A stretch of 64,000 bases of DNA, from NCBI RefSeq assembly GCF_044704955.1, contig NC_092001.1:19654001-19718000 (forward strand), written 5' to 3'. Origin of the DNA: Pristiophorus japonicus. Lineage: Eukaryota. The notes under the pieces are model-generated. The model was not told the origin of the DNA, searched no databases, and saw only the letters and a program-made list of their open reading frames with translations. Positions 37,168-51,699 of the stretch are shown piece after piece. Within the stretch, counting starts at the first letter, position 1. Each line of letters begins with the position of its first letter. Position numbers and translations under genes: made by a program.

Positions 37168-37490
37168 CATCATCGTCATAGACATTCCCTCGGAATCAAG
37201 GAAGACTTGCTTCCACACTAAAAATGAGTTCTCAGGTGACTGAACAGTCCAATACGAGAATTACAGTCCCTTACACAGGTGGGACAGACAGTCGTTGAGG
37301 GAAGGGGTGGGGAGTCTGGTTTGCTGCACTCTCCTTCCACTGCCTGCACATGATTACTGCATGCTCTCTGCGATGAGTCCAGAGATGCTCAGCACCCTCC
37401 AGGATGCACTTCCACTTAGGGCGGACTTTGGCCAAGGACTCCCAGGTGTCAGTGGGGATGTTGCATTTTATCAGGGAGGCTTTGAGTGTT
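37168..37490 (-). mobile_element. RTE-clade LINE 3' fragment with (ATG)n-like tail
   Basis: catcatcgtcatagacattccctcggaatc...ctgaacagtccaatacgaga, homologous to 35188-35410. Confidence 0.7.
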
Positions 37491-38559
37491 TCCCAATATC
37501 CTTCAACGGCTTAAACAATAACAATAACTCCCCAAGTAACATCCATAACTTAGAACACCGGTAATAATATTATTAATAAATCCAAAAAAATAATATTGAC
37601 TTACATACAATTAATAAGTTCCCTAACTTACAGACACCAATTTGATACACAGTAAGGAACTAACAACCCACCTAAACGACAAACACAAACCTACCCCCAC
37701 CCCAAAAATAACAACCCTGCCGAGACCAACACCATCATAAGAGGGAATGCATATAAATACAATCCAATCTCCATCAACTTAATCTCTTGGCACAATTCAA
37801 TTTACCATCAATTTAATTATTAATAAAACACTTCCATAAGAGTTCCAAGGGAACATTACCCCACTGTCCCAAACAACAAAGGCCCTAGCCTTCAAAATAG
37901 AATAGTACACCACTATCCAGAATAAAATTAGAGCAAGGCGTTAGTGTCCAGAACGACACACGCAGCCACTGCAGCTCTGATACAGCAAATAATGTACAGG
38001 AGAAAACCCAAACAACAAAAAATGGGAAGATGGAACAGAACGTATATTACCCATTTTAACCCCAACCCAGATCTAATCTAAAAATAGAGCATGACATCAG
38101 GGTCCAGAATGGCACAGCGGTCCAATCACAGTAAATTGGGGACATCAAAGAATCCAATTTAGCAAACAGAAGCAACTAGAAGCTAAAGGATCATACTATT
38201 AATCATACTAATTGAAAATAATGAAAATAACTAATGAGGACAAATCAAGCGACAAGAGCAAGAAAGGCTGAGTAATAAACTCCGGAAAGCATGAGCTAAT
38301 CAAAAGTGGCAGTAAGGAAAGCAAAATTCCAAAGGGTCATTAACCCACAGCCTGAAAACTAACACCAACTTCAAAACACACTAACAGATTTGTCAAGTAC
38401 AATTTCCTCTTCATCAATCCGTGTTGATTCTGGCCAATCCTGTTATTACTTGCGAAGTGCCCTGTTACCTACTAAATAATAGATTCCAGCATTTTAGCTA
38501 CTCCTGATTTCATGGCTATCGATACTGCATGGCTTACATACAGAATAAATCGAACTCCA

Positions 38560-38790
38560 TCCTGTCCCAAGCACTACCAGGGTTGATACAGAGTAGATCT
38601 CAGTCTACAATATCCAAAACACTCCCAGGGCAGTGCAGCACGGGTTAGATGCAGAGCCAAGCTCCCTCTATATAGTCCGATCAAACAGTCCCCGGGCAGG
38701 TGCAGCACAGGTGAGACACAGATTATATATTCCTCTACCCTGCCTCAAATACTCCCAGGGCACATACAGCACTGGTCAGATATAGAGCAA
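38560..38790 (-). repeat. Short array of the minisatellite family also at 13765 and 27450
   Basis: aaacactcccagggcag...gcacgggttagat units. Confidence 0.75.
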
Positions 38791-38844
38791 TCCCCACCCA
38801 CTGACACGGCCCCACCCACTGACTAGACCAAACCCACTGACTGC

Positions 38845-40480
38845 TGTAGAAGCAGGAGAGGGTCATTTTGCCCCTCGAGCCGGCTCCACCTTTCAATAAG
38901 ATCATGGCTGATCTGATCATGGACGCAGCTACACTCCCCCCCTGCCCCCACCGCTCTCCATAACCCTTTACTCCATTATCGCTCAAAAATCTGTCTATCT
39001 CCACCTTAAATATATTCAGTGACCCAGCCTCCACTGCTTTCAGGGCAGCGAATTCCGCAGATTTACAACCCTCTGAGAGCAGAAATTCCTCCTCATCTCA
39101 GTTTAAAATGGGCGGCCTCTTATTTTTAGACGATGTCCTCTCGTTTTAGTTTCCCCTATGAATGGAAATATCCTCTCTGCATCCACCTTGTCGAGCCCCC
39201 TCATTATCATTCAGTTTAAATAAGATCACTTCTCATTCTTATGAACTCCAATGTGTATCGGCCCAACCTACTCAACCTATCCTCATAAGTCAACCCCCTC
39301 AGCTCCTGAATGAACCTAGTGAACCTTCTCTGAACCACCCCAATACAAGTATATCCTTGCTTAAATATGGAGACCAAAACAGTACGCAGTGCTCCAGATG
39401 TGGCCTCGCCAATACCCAGTTCAGTTGTAGCAGGACCTCTCTGCTTTAATACTCTACCCACCTTGCAATAAAGGCCAACATTATATTTGCCTTCCTGATT
39501 TTTTGCTGTACCTGCATACTAACTTTTGGTGTTCCATTCACAAGGACCCCTATGTCTCTCTCTGCAATTTTTCTCCATTTAAATCATAATTTGCTTTACT
39601 ATTATTTCTGCCAAAGTGGATAACCTCACATTTTCCCACATTATACTCCATCTGACAAATTTTTGCCCACTCATTTCGCCTGTCTATATCACTTTCCAGA
39701 TTTTATGTGTCCTCAATTTGGTCTTTCACCCATCTTTGTCTCATCAGCAAATGTGGCTACATTCAGCCCTGTGCTTGCATCCAAGTCATTCAAAAGATTG
39801 TAAATAGTTGATGATCTAGCAGCGATACCTGTGGCAGTCCATTAGTCACCATTTGCCAACCGGAAAAAGACTCATTCATCACGACTCTCAGTTTTCTGTT
39901 AGTTAACCAATTCTCTATCTATGCTAATATACTGTCATCAGTCCCATGATCTTTTATCTTGTACAGTAATCTCATATGTGGCAGCTTATCAAATGACTTC
40001 GGGAATTCCAAATACATCACATCCACTGGTTCCCCCTTATCCACCCTGCTCATTACTTCCTCAAAGAACTCCAGCAAATTTGCCAAACATGATTTCCCTT
40101 TCATAAAACCATGCTCACTCTGCTTGATTGAATCATGCTTTGCGAAATGTTCCGATACTGTTTCCTTGATATTGGACTCCAGCATTATCACCAACGACAG
40201 ATGTTAGGCTAACTGGTCTATAGTTTCCTGCTTTTTGTCTGCCTACTTTTTTAAAGAGAAGCGTCACATTTGCGGTTTTACATTCTGCTGGGACCGCCCC
40301 AGAATCCAGGGGATTTTGTTAGATTACAGCCAATGCATCAACTATCGCTGCAGCCGCTACTCTTAAGACCCTCAGGTCCAGGGGACTTGCCTGCCTTTAG
40401 TCCCATTATTTTACCGAGTACTACTTAATTAATGATAGTGATTGTATAAACTTCCTCCCTCCCGATAGCCGCTTGATCAT
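38845..40480 (-). mobile_element. CR1 LINE 3' part (RT and 3' UTR), degraded
   Basis: [20 protein letters not shown]...VDVMYLEFPKSFDKLPH; 3' UTR gatcagccatgatc. Confidence 0.9.
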
Positions 40481-40832
40481 TCACTTCAGTATTACTTAGA
40501 GTGACCGAATATTTTACGGTAATTAAACTGATCTCAGCCTGTATCTGTCAGATATTAACTCCAGCATGGTCCCAGCAAACATTTCCACTCCTCGTTCCTC
40601 CGCTGTTTCTTCAGGTTTGCTTTGTGAAGACAGGCTCATGGAGAGAAACACCCTGCATGGAATGATCCCAAATTGAGAATCTCTAAGGGACAAGGCTCCC
40701 AGCTTAAATAATTCTCTGTGCTTTTCCGCTGCACCCGCCCCCAGGTCCTGTTCCTTGGCTGATATTCTGATGAAAGTAAGTTGGGAAAAGTGTACTTTGA
40801 TTTTCGCAGGTTGAAATAGTGCAGAGAGCTGC

Positions 40833-43800
40833 ACATAGAAATGTAGAAAATAGCGGCAGGAGTAGGCCATTCGGCCCTTCGAGCTTGCTCCACCATTCAA
40901 TAATATCATGGCTGATCATTCCCTCAGTACCCCTTTCCTGCTTTCTCTCCAGACCCCCAGATCTCTGCAGCCGTAAGGGCCATGCCTAACTCCCTCTTGA
41001 ATATATCCAATGAACTGGCATCAACAACTCTCTGCGGCAGGAAATTCCACAGGTTAACAACTCTCTGAGTGAAGAAATTTCTTCTCATCTCAGTCCTAAA
41101 TGGCCTACCCCATATCCTAATTGTGTCCCCTGGCACTGGACTTTCCCAACATCGATAACATTCGTCCCGCATGTAAACTGTCCAGTTGCGTCAGAATCTG
41201 ATATGTTTCTATGAGATCCCCTCTCATCCTTCTAAACTCCAGTGTATAAAGCCCCATTTGGTCCAGTCTCTCCTCATTTGTCAGTCAAGCCATCCCTGGA
41301 TTCAGTCTGGTGAACCTTTCCTGAACTCCCTCAATAGCAAGAACGTCCATCCTCAGATTTGAAGACCAAAACTGAAACCAACTGCAGTAAGACCTCCCTG
41401 CTCCTGTACTCAAATCCCCTAGCTATGAAGGACAACATACCATTTGCCTTCTTCACCGCCTGCTGTACCTGCATGCCAACTTTCAATGACTGATGTACCA
41501 TGACACCCAGGTCTCGTTGCACCTGCCCTTTTCCTAATCTGTCAACATTCAGATAATAGTCTGTCTCTCTGTTTTTACCACCAAAGTGGATAACCTCACA
41601 TTTATCCACATTATACTGCATCTGCCATGCATTTGCCCACTCACCTAACCTGTCCAAGTCACTCTGCAGCCTCTTAGCGTCGTCCTCACAGCTCACACCG
41701 CCACCCAGTTTAGTGTCATCTGCAAACTAGGAAATATTACACTCAATTCCTTCATCCAAATCATTAATGTATATTGTAAAGAGCTGGGACCCAGCACTGA
41801 GCCGTGCGGCACTCCACCAGTCACTGACTACCATTCTGAAAAGCACCCGTTTATCAATACTCTCTGCTTCCTGTCTGCCAACCAGTTATCTATCCACGTC
41901 AGTGCATTGACCCCAAAACCATGTGCTTTGATTTTGCACACCAATCTTGTGTGGGACCTTGCCAAAAGCTTTTTGAATGTCCAAATATATCACATCAACT
42001 GGTTCTCCCTTGTCCATTCTGCCAGTTACATCATCAAAAAATTCCAGAAGATTTGTCAACCATGATTTTCCTTTCATAAATCCATGTCACTGCTTTCCAA
42101 ATGCGCTGCGATTTCAGCCTTAATGATTGATTCCAACATTTTCCCCACTACTGATGTCAGGCTAACCGTTCTATAATTACCCGTTTTTTCTCTACCTCCT
42201 TTTTTAAAAAGTCATGTTATATTAACTACGCTGCTGTCCATGGGAACTGATCCAGTGTCGATAGACTGTTGGAAAATGATCAACAATGCATACACTATTT
42301 CTAGGGCCACTTCCTTAAGTACTCTGGGATGCAGACAATCATGTCCCGTGGATTTAGCGGCCTTCAATCCCATCAATTTCCCAAACACAATTTCCCGTCA
42401 AATAAGGATATTCTTCAGTTCCTCCCACTGGCTAGACCCTCGGTCCCCTAGTACATCCGGAAGGTTATTTGTATATTCCTCCGTGAAGACAGAACCAAAG
42501 TATTTAATCAATTGGTCTGCCATTTCTTTGTTGCCCATAATAAATTGAACTGAATCCGACTTCTGGGACCTACATTTGTCTTCAGTATCTCTTTTTCTCT
42601 TCACATATCTATAGAAGCTTTTGCAGTCAGTTTTTATGATCCATGCAAGCTTCCTCTCATACTCTATTTTCCCCCTCTTAATGAAACACTCTACTGAATT
42701 TTAAATTTCTCCCAGTCCTCAGGTTTGCTGCTTTTTCTGGCAAATGTATATGCGTCTTCCTTCGATTTAACACTATATTATTTCCCTTGTTAGCCACGGT
42801 TGAGCCACCTTACCCGTTTTATTTTTACTCCAAACAGGATGTGTACAATTGTTGAAGCTCATTGATGTGATCTTTAAATGTTTGCCATTGCCTATCCACC
42901 GTCAACACTTTAAATATAATTTGCCAGTCTATTCTAGCCAATTCACGCTTCGTACTGTCGAAGTTACCTTTCTTTAAGTTCAGGACCCTAGTTCTAAATT
43001 AACTGTGTAAATCGCCATCTTAATGAAGAATTCTACCATATTATGGGCACTCTTCCCCAAGGGGCCTCGCACAACTAGATTGTCAATTAGTCCCTTCTCA
43101 TTACACATGAACCAGTGTTGGATGGCCATCTCTCTTTTTGGTTCCTCGACATATTGGTCTCGGAAACCATGCCTAATACACTCCAGGAAATCCTCCACCG
43201 CATTGCTACCAGTTTGGTTAGCCCAATCAATATGTAGATTAAAGTCGCCTATAATAACTGCTGTACCTTTATTGCACACATCCCTTATTTCTTGTTCAAC
43301 TTCTCTGCTACGGTTCGGTGGTCTGTTCACAACTCCCACAATCACTTTCTGCCCGTTGGTATTCCACAGCTCCACCCATACCGATTCCACATCATCCAAG
43401 ATAATGTCCCTCCTTCGATTGCATTAATTTCCTCTTTAACCAGCAATGCCACCCACCTTCTTTTAATTTCTGTCTATCCTTCCTAAATGTTGAATACCCC
43501 TAGATGTTGAGATCCCAGCCTTGGTCACCAGGGAGCAAAGGTCTGTGATTCCAATGACATCATATCCATTAACCGCTATCTGCGTAGTTAATTCGTCCAC
43601 CTTAATCCGAGTACTCCTCGCGTTGAGGCACAGCGCCTTCAGGCTTGCGTTTTAACATAATTTTCCCCTTTAGAATTTTGCTGTAACATGGTCCTTTTTT
43701 GTTTTATGCCTTGGTTTCTCTGCCCTCCACCTTTACTATTCTCCTTTCTATCCTTTTCTTCTGCTTTCATTTTATTTCCCTCTGTCTCCCTGCATAGGTT

Positions 43801-44330
43801 CCCATGCCCCTGCCATATTAGTTTAACTCCTCCCGACCAGCACGAGCAAACACTCCCACTGGAACATTGGTTCCGCTCCTGCCCAGGTGCAGACCGTCCG
43901 GTTTGTACTGGTCCCAACTCTCCCACAACCGATTCCAATGTCTCCGAAATTTGAATCCCTCCCTTCTGCACCCCTCCTCAAGCCACGTATTCATCTGAGC
44001 TGTCCTGCGATTCCTACTCTGACTAGCACGTGGCACTGGTAGCAATCCTGAGATTACTAATTTTGAGGTCCTACATTTTAATTTAGCTCTAAGCTGCTTA
44101 AATTCTTCACGTAGTACATCATCCCGTTTTTTACCTATAACGTTGGTACCTATATGCGCCACGATAACTGGCTGCTCACCCTCCCTTTTCAGAATGCCCT
44201 GCACTCGCTCCTAGACATCCTTGACCCTTGCACCAGTGAGGCAACATATCATCATGGAATCTCGGTTGCGGCCGCAGAAACGCCTATCTATTCCCCTTAC
44301 AATCGAATCCCCTATCACTGTAGCTCTCCC
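40833..44330 (-). mobile_element. Long (3.5 kb) CR1 LINE: ORF1 SGNH esterase domain, APE endonuclease, RT and 3' UTR; degraded
   Basis: ORF1 IVAHIGTN...LVISGLLPVP...DGLHL (43818-44204); endonuclease VESVWVEL...RPPN...IIGDFN (42980-43399); RT pieces 41331-42604; ttctatgt-type tail near 40833. Confidence 0.93.
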
Positions 44331-44369
44331 ACAAAGGTCAGTCCCGTCCCCTGTGTCATTTACCAGTGA

Positions 44370-44464
44370 GCAGAAGAGCGCATGTGCCCTCTCCTCCCCC
44401 AGCCCTGCCTGTGAAGATGATTTAAATCAGCCGGTAACGGAGACCCCGCGGCCCTGAGGTAAGG
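44370..44464 (+). promoter_or_regulatory. Candidate CpG-rich promoter / non-coding first exon of the downstream ZNF gene
   Basis: NRF1-like GCGCATGTGC at 44378-44387, local CpG enrichment, strong donor GAG|GTAAGG at 44459; same strand as the ZNF exon. Confidence 0.35.
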
Positions 44465-44564
44465 CAGCGAACAGCAGCCTCCTTGCAACAGCGCAGTGTT
44501 TAGGGAGCGAGTCCGCAGCTGGGCTCAGAGATCGGCATTGAGTCCGGGGGATTTTCAGGGTGGC

Positions 44565-44960
44565 TATGAGAAAGATGCAGAATAGAGCAGGAACGAGTGT
44601 CAGTGCGTGGCGTGAGTGGGGGAAGGGAGAGGCCATTCTCGGTCTGTGTGTGGACAGCGTGTGTCCAGCGTAAAGGGGGACAGAATGGGCAAAATCTGCT
44701 ATTTACAATCATTGCTGCTTTCTCTCCCCAAACCAGTAGCGAATGTTCCTGGTTTAGTTCCGTCAGCGTCTTTGTGTAAGAGGCAGAGTGGAGCAGGAAC
44801 TAGTTCTGGAACATGATGTGAGTGGGGGAAGGGATAAACCATTCTCGGGCTGTGTGTGGACAATGAAAGGTAACATAGAAGTTAAACCACCTCGCTCTTT
44901 CAAATCATTGCTGCTTTCTTTCCCCAAATCAGCAATGAATGTCCCTGATTGAGTTCCAAT
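44565..44960 (+). repeat. Two-copy ~200-bp tandem duplication
   Basis: gagcaggaac...gtgagtgggggaaggga...ccattctcgg.ctgtgtgtggaca...aatcattgctgctttct occurs twice. Confidence 0.75.
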
Positions 44961-45494
44961 CTCACCGTGTCTGATGTTCATGGACAGTGAGCAGTGGAAA
45001 CATAGCCTGACAGTGAGGATGTGGGGAGTTTCACAAAGTGCATCTATTGCAGGCACCTGGAGAGGAGTGTGGGAGAAGATAATTTAAAGACCGGTTATAT
45101 TGTTTTGGTGAGCTCTCCAGAACCATTTTGCTGGTGATCGAGAGCGACACGCAACCTCAGATACACCATATTCTTCGCCGCATCCATATCTTAGAAGTAA
45201 TAATGTTCTCGAATTTATTATTCTCAGGACAAAATTCTTCATACAGCCGGAACAAATGTGATCTTTCCTCCTCCACCCAGAACACAAGCAACAGTGCAGA
45301 CAGCTCCTTCGCACACAGAGTAAGTAGATTAACACTCACAGACCGCAGAGACACAGAACTAATCTCAATCTTATTGTCACAGACAGCAGGAGCTGTCAGT
45401 CCCACAGTGATCCGAACTGGCAGAGTTACATTGTGAATCTTACTGCCACATGGAGCAGGAGAATTAGATGCTGTTTTACCATTGAAACAGATCA

Positions 45495-48400
45495 CACTGA
45501 CAGGTACAATAAACACCCACACTCACTTGCCAGAACCTGTCAGGTACAGATTATACTCCATACTCACATACCAGAACCTGTCAGGTAAAGATATAATCCA
45601 CACTCACCTAACAGAAATTGACAGATACAGATTAAACCACACACTGACATAGCAGAAACTGACAGGTACAGATTATATTCCACACTCACATACCAGAGAC
45701 TGACAGGTACATATTATACCCACAATCACATAGCAGAGACTGACAGGTACAGATTATACCCACACTCGCATGCAAGAAACTGACAGGTACAGATTATACC
45801 GCATACTCACATAGCAGATACTGACAGGTACAGATTATACCACACACTCACTTACCAGACACTGACAGGTACAGATTATACCCCACACTCACATACCGGA
45901 GACTGACAGGTACAGATTATACCGCATACTCACATACTAGAAACTGACAGGTACAGATTATACCACACACTCACTTACCAGACACTGACAGGTACAGATT
46001 ATACCCCACACTCACATACCGGAGACTGACAGGTACAGATTATACCGCATACTCACATACTAGAAACTGACAGGTACAGATTATACCCCACGCTCACATA
46101 CCAGACACTGACAGGTACAGATTATAACCCACACTCACATACCGGAGACAGACAGGTACAGATTATACCCACACTCACATACCAGAGACTGACAGGTACA
46201 GATTATACCCACACTCGCATACAAGAAACTGACAGGTACAGATTATACCGCATACTCACATACCAGAGAATGGCAGGTACATATAATACCCACAGTCACA
46301 TACCAGAGACTGAGAGGTATAGATTATACTCCACATTCACACACCAGAGACTGGCAGGTACAGATGAAAACCACACTCAATCACCAGATACTGACAGGTA
46401 CAGATTATACTCGACACTCACTTACCAGAAACTGACAGGTACAGATTATACCCCACACTCACATACCATAAACTGACAGGTACAGATTATACGCACAATC
46501 ATATATCAGAGACTGACAGGTACAGATTAAAACCACACTCACATACCAGAGACTGACAGGTACAGATTATACCGCACACTCACATATCAGATACTGAGAG
46601 GTACAGATTATACCCACCCTCATATACCTGAGACTGAAAGGTCCAGATTATGCCTCACACTCAAAAACCAGAGACTGACACGTACAGATTATACCCCATA
46701 ACACACAGACGACAAAATGACAGCTACAGATTATACCGCACACTCACATACCAGATATTGAAAAATACATATTATACCCACACTCACATACCTGAGACTG
46801 AAAGGTAGAGATTATACCGCACATCCACTTACCAGAGACTGAGAGGTACAGATTATACCCCACACTCACATACTAGTTAGTGACAGGTACAGATTATAAC
46901 CGCACACACATGCCAGAAACTGACAAGTACAGATTATAGCCACACTCATATATCAGAGACTGAAAGGTACAGATTGTACCCACACTCAATTAATAGAGAC
47001 CGAAAGATACAGATTATACCGACAATTACTTTCCAGAGACTGACAGGTACAGATTATACCCAGACTCACTTACCAGAGACTGACAGGTACAGATTATACC
47101 CCACACTCACTTACCAGAGACTGACTGGTACAGATTATACCCCACACTCAATTAACAGAAACGGACAGGTACAGATTATACCCCACACTCAATTACCAGA
47201 GACTGACAGGTACAGATTATACCCACATTCACATACCAGAAACGGACAGGTACAGATTATACCCACACTCAGTTACCAGACACTGACAGGTGCAGATTAT
47301 ACCTCACACTCAAATACCAGAAACGGACAGGTACAGATTATACCCACGCTCACTTACCAGAGACTGACACGTACAGGTTGTACCCCACACTCAAATACCA
47401 GAAACGGACAGGTACAGATTATACCCACACTCACTTACCAGAGACTGACAGGTACAGATTATACACCACACTCAAGTACCAGAGACTGACTGGTACAGAT
47501 TATACCCCACACTCAATTAACAGAAACGGACAGGTACAGATTATACCCCACACTCAATTACCAGAGACTGACAGGTACAGATTATACCCACATTCACATA
47601 CCAGAAACGGACAGGTACAGATTATACCCACACTCACTTACCAGACACTGACAGGTACAGATTATACCTCACACTCAAATACCAGAAACGGACAGGTACA
47701 GATTATACCCACGCTCACTTACCAGAGACTGACACGTACAGGTTGTACCCCACACTCAAATACCAGAAACGGACAGGTACAGATTATACCCACACTCACT
47801 TACCAGAGACTGACAGGTACAGATTATACACCACACTCAAGTACCAGAAACGGACAAGTACAGATTATACTCGACACTCACTTACCAGAAACTGACAGGT
47901 ACAGATTATACCCCACACTCAGATACCATAAACTGACAGGTACAGATTATACGCACAATCACATATCAGAGAGTGTCAGATACAGTTTATACCCACACTC
48001 ACATAGCAGAGACTGACAGGTACAGATTAAAAACACACTCACATACCAGAGACTGACAGGTAAAGATTATACCCACACTCACGTACCAGAAACTGACACG
48101 TACAGATTATACCCCATAACACACATACCAGAAATGGACATGTACAGATTATGCCCACACTCACATACCAGTCACTGACAGGTACTGATTATACCCACAC
48201 TCATATGCAAGAAACTGACAGGTACAAATTATACCCCACACTCACGTACCAGAAACTGACAGGTACAGATTATACCCACAATCACATATCAGAGGCTGAC
48301 AGGTACAGCGTATACCCACAGTGACATACCAAAGACGGACAGGTACAGATTATAGCCACACTCACATACCAGAGACTGACAGGTACAGATTATAAACCCA

Positions 48401-50860
48401 CATACATACCAGAGACGGACAGGTACAGATTATACTTCAGATTCACAAAACAGAGACTGAATGGTACAGACTATACCCGACACACACAATCCAGAAATTG
48501 ATAGGTACAGATTATACCCACACTCACATACCAGAAAATGACAGGTACAGATTATACCCCATAATCACATACCAGACACTGATAGGTACAGATTATACCC
48601 CACACTCACATACCAGAGACTGGCATGTACAGATTAAACCCCACACTCACATACCAGAGACTGTCAGGTACAGATTATACCCACACTCACATACCAGAGA
48701 CTGACAGGTACAGATTATAACCACACTCACATACCAGAGACTGACAGGTACTGATTAAAACCACACTCACATACCATAGACTGACAGGTAAAGATTGTAC
48801 CCACACTCACTTACCAGAAAATGACAGGTACAGTTTATACCTCACAATGAAAAACCAGAGACTGACAGGTACAGATTATACCCCATAACACACATACCAG
48901 AAAATGACTGCTACAGATTATACCCCACACTCACATACCAGAGACTGACAGGTACAGATTATACCACACACTCACATATCAGATACTGAGAGGTACAGAT
49001 TATACCCACCCTCATATACCTGAGACTGAAAGGTACAGATTATGCCTCACACTCAAAAACCAGAGACTGACACGTACAGATTATACCACGTAACACATAT
49101 ACCAGAAAATGACAGCATCAGATTATACCGCACACTCACATACCAGATATTGACAAGAACATATTATACCCACATCACATACCTGAGACTGAAAGGTACA
49201 GATTATACCCCACATTCACTTACCAGAGACTAAGAGGTACAGATTATACCCCACACTCACATACCAGAGAGTGACAGGTACAGATTATAACCACACACAC
49301 ATGCCAGAAACTGACAAGTACAGATTATATCCACACTCATATATCACAGACTGAAAGGTACAGATTATACCCACACTCAATTAATTGAGAACGAAAGATA
49401 CAGATTATACCGACAATTACTTACCAGAGACTGACAGGTACAGATTGTACCCACACTCACTTACTAGAGACTGACAGGTACAGAATATAACCCACACTTA
49501 CTTACCAGAGACTGACAGGTACAGATTATACCCCACACTCATATACCAGAGACTGACATGTACAGATTATAACCCACACTCAAATACCAGAAACGGACAG
49601 TTACATATTATACCAACACTCACTTACCAGAGACTGACAGGTACAGATTATACCCACACTCACATGCCAGAAACGGACAGGTACAGATTATACCACACTC
49701 ACTTACTAGACACTGACAGGTACAGATTATACCGCACACTCAAATACCAGAAACAGACAGGTACAGATTATACACACACTCACATACCAGTCACTCACAG
49801 GTACTGATTATACCCACACTCATATGCAAGGAACTGACAGGTACAGATTATAACACACAATCACATACCAGAAACTGACAGGCACAGATTATACCCCACA
49901 ATCACATACCAAAAAATGACAGGTACAGATTATACCACACTCATACACCAGAGACTGACAGGTACAGGTTATACCCCACACTCACAGACCAGAGACTGAC
50001 AGGTACAGATTATACACACACTCACATACAGAAACTGACAGGTACAGTTTATACCCACACTCACTTACCAGTGATTGACAGGTACAGTTTATACCTACAC
50101 TCACTTACCAGAAACTCACAGGTACAGATTATCACCACACTCACATACCAGAAAATTACAGTTATAGATTGTACCCCACGCTCACACAACAGAGACTGAA
50201 ATATACAGATTATACTCGACACTCACATACCAGAGACTGACAGGTACAAATTATACCCCACACTCACATACCAGAAACTGACAGGTACAGATTATACCGA
50301 CAATCTCATATCAGAATTGACAGGTACAGCTTATACCCACAGTCACATACCAAAGACGGACAGGCACATTTTATAACCACACTCACATACCAGAGACTGA
50401 ATGGTACAGATTATACCCCACACATACATACCAGAGACTGACAGGTACAGATTATACCCACACTCATTCACCAGAAACTGACAGGTACAGATTATACTTC
50501 ACATTCACAAAACAGAGACTGAATAGTACAATCTATACCCCACACACGCATACCAGGAATTGACAGGTACAGATTATACCCACACTCACATACCAGAAAA
50601 TGACAGGTACGGATTATACCCCATACTCACATAGCAGACACTGACAGGTACAGATTACACCCCACACTCACATACCAGAGACTGATAGGTACAGATTATA
50701 CCCCACACTCACTAACCAGAGACTGGCATGTACAGATTAAACCCCACACTCACATACCAGAGACTGACAGGTACAGATTATACCCACACTCACATACCTG
50801 AAACTGACAGGTACAGATTATAACCACACTCACATACCAGAGACTGACAGGTACATTGTA
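45495..50860 (+). repeat. 40-41 bp satellite array (actgacaggtacagattatacccacactcacataccagag), ~5.4 kb
   Basis: More than 100 tandem units; decays progressively to ~51550. Confidence 0.97.
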
Positions 50861-51699
50861 AAACATAAAACCAAGTGGAGTAATAGATAAAATTAAATGC
50901 AGACTAACATACCAGAAACTTAGAGGCACAGCTTAAATCCCCACACACATAGCAAAACCTATCCATTACAGAATAATACACACAATCGCATAATCAGAGA
51001 CTTAGAGCTACAGTATAAAACCCACACTCGCATTTCATAGCCTGACAAGTTAAAATCCATATTCCCAAAACATAAAGTTACATACAGTGAAATGCCCATA
51101 CTCACTTACCAGTAATTGACAGGTATGGGTAAAGGTCTCTCTTCTGTACCAGAAACTGGCAGGTACAAAGGAAATCCCGCTCTCAATTAAGCAGAAACTG
51201 ACAGATATAGAGTAAGGCCACAATCACATATCAGAACTTGACAGATACAAAATAAAACCCAGACTTCCATAACTGAAATGAAGACATATAGAGATAGTCC
51301 CACACTCAAATACTAGAGATAGATAGATAGACAGTAAAACACAGAGTCATTTTACCAGACACTGACAGATGCACACACCTCCAAAACAAAAATTGACAGT
51401 TCGAAATTAAAATCAATACTCTATAAGGAATTGGTGTTACACATTAAAACAACACGAACATACTGGAGAATGACGGGCATGGAGTAGAGGTCGCATTAAC
51501 ATAACAGTAATGGACAGGTACAGAGTCAAATCCACAATCCAATCCCAGACACCCACAAGATTATTCCGTATTTACCTATCAATGGATCAGAGGGTGAAAG
51601 TGTCAGTATCTATCCTATAATCGCTGATCATTCCTACACTGACACAGCACCAGAGATTGAAAGTCGCAGTGTCCACCCTACACTCACCTGACAATCAGA

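Noticed and set aside
43818-44204. Stand-alone SGNH/GDSL esterase gene
   Set aside because: It is the ORF1 domain of the CR1 LINE, directly upstream of the endonuclease and RT
45157-45522. ORF with a Myb-like WVEEERSHLFRLYEEF stretch
   Set aside because: Only a short resemblance, begins in satellite sequence, and has no supporting exon structure
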